From Gemmatimonadota bacterium (GTDB lineage: Bacteria > Gemmatimonadota > Gemmatimonadetes > Longimicrobiales > Gaopeijiaceae), in assembly GCA_028873595.1 (NCBI GenBank), contig JAPPOV010000002.1, positions 40,378 through 104,377 of the forward strand: a DNA stretch of 64,000 nt. Direction: 5' to 3'. The translations under genes were made by a program, and so were the position numbers. This document shows positions 63,970-64,000 of the stretch, in pieces. Below the pieces are notes generated by a model, which saw nothing but the letters and a program-made list of their open reading frames with translations, had not been told where the DNA came from and ran no database searches. How positions within the stretch are numbered: the stretch's first letter is position 1; each line of letters opens with the position of its first letter.

Positions 63970-64000
63970 GCCACGCCGAACCAGAGACGAGACGCGGCCC

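Noticed and set aside
1-64000. CRISPR arrays, IS elements/transposases, prophage genes, toxin-antitoxin pairs and known defence systems.
   Set aside because: I found no spaced direct repeats, no DDE/serine/tyrosine recombinase motifs, no capsid/terminase-like ORFs, and no short paired ORFs typical of TA modules. Composition is uniform apart from short promoter-like AT-rich patches.

Overview
This is visibly GC-rich bacterial chromosomal DNA (third codon positions are almost all G/C). It holds about 60 tightly packed genes, many with 1-4 nt start/stop overlaps. Most are core housekeeping genes: pyrR-pyrB-pyrC, rpsT, scpA-scpB plus a pseudouridine synthase, trkA-trkH, one tRNA(CAT), arfB, a tetR-tolC-MFP-RND efflux operon, murB, secD-secF, a coupled tatD-mutL-miaA-bshA-uppP-birA chain followed by coaX, and a CIRCE-controlled groES-groEL. 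Many secreted hydrolases sit between them: DppA D-aminopeptidase, a D-aminoacylase fusion, a penicillin-acylase family protein, a proline-iminopeptidase-like protein, a beta-lactamase-like serine hydrolase and a ~1030 aa BNR/sortilin-like protein. I saw no CRISPR, rRNA, transposase, integrase or phage genes. As inference only, the lineage looks like a Gemmatimonadota-like or related diderm. Six things deserve a second look. (1) 15.5-19.6 kb holds a translationally coupled three-gene envelope operon of unknown function, whose first protein is an internal triplication and whose second is an Omp85-like barrel. (2) 40.1-41.4 kb holds a frame-broken, ATPase-less GspE/PilB N-terminal fragment fused in frame to the C-terminal half of a receiver domain, directly downstream of a REC-GGDEF cyclase. 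(3) The right edge carries a Shine-Dalgarno-preceded mini-ORF with 8 consecutive Thr codons, a candidate Thr attenuator leader. (4) Two unusually long non-coding regions (35.5-36.0 kb and 38.5-39.1 kb) flank the dinB/D-aminoacylase pair. (5) 51.1-52.2 kb encodes a polyprenyl-synthase-like protein with a degenerate first Asp-rich motif. (6) The supplied ORF track omits a partial NhaC-type antiporter on the minus strand at the left edge. All family calls rest on motif recognition by eye. No database search was run.
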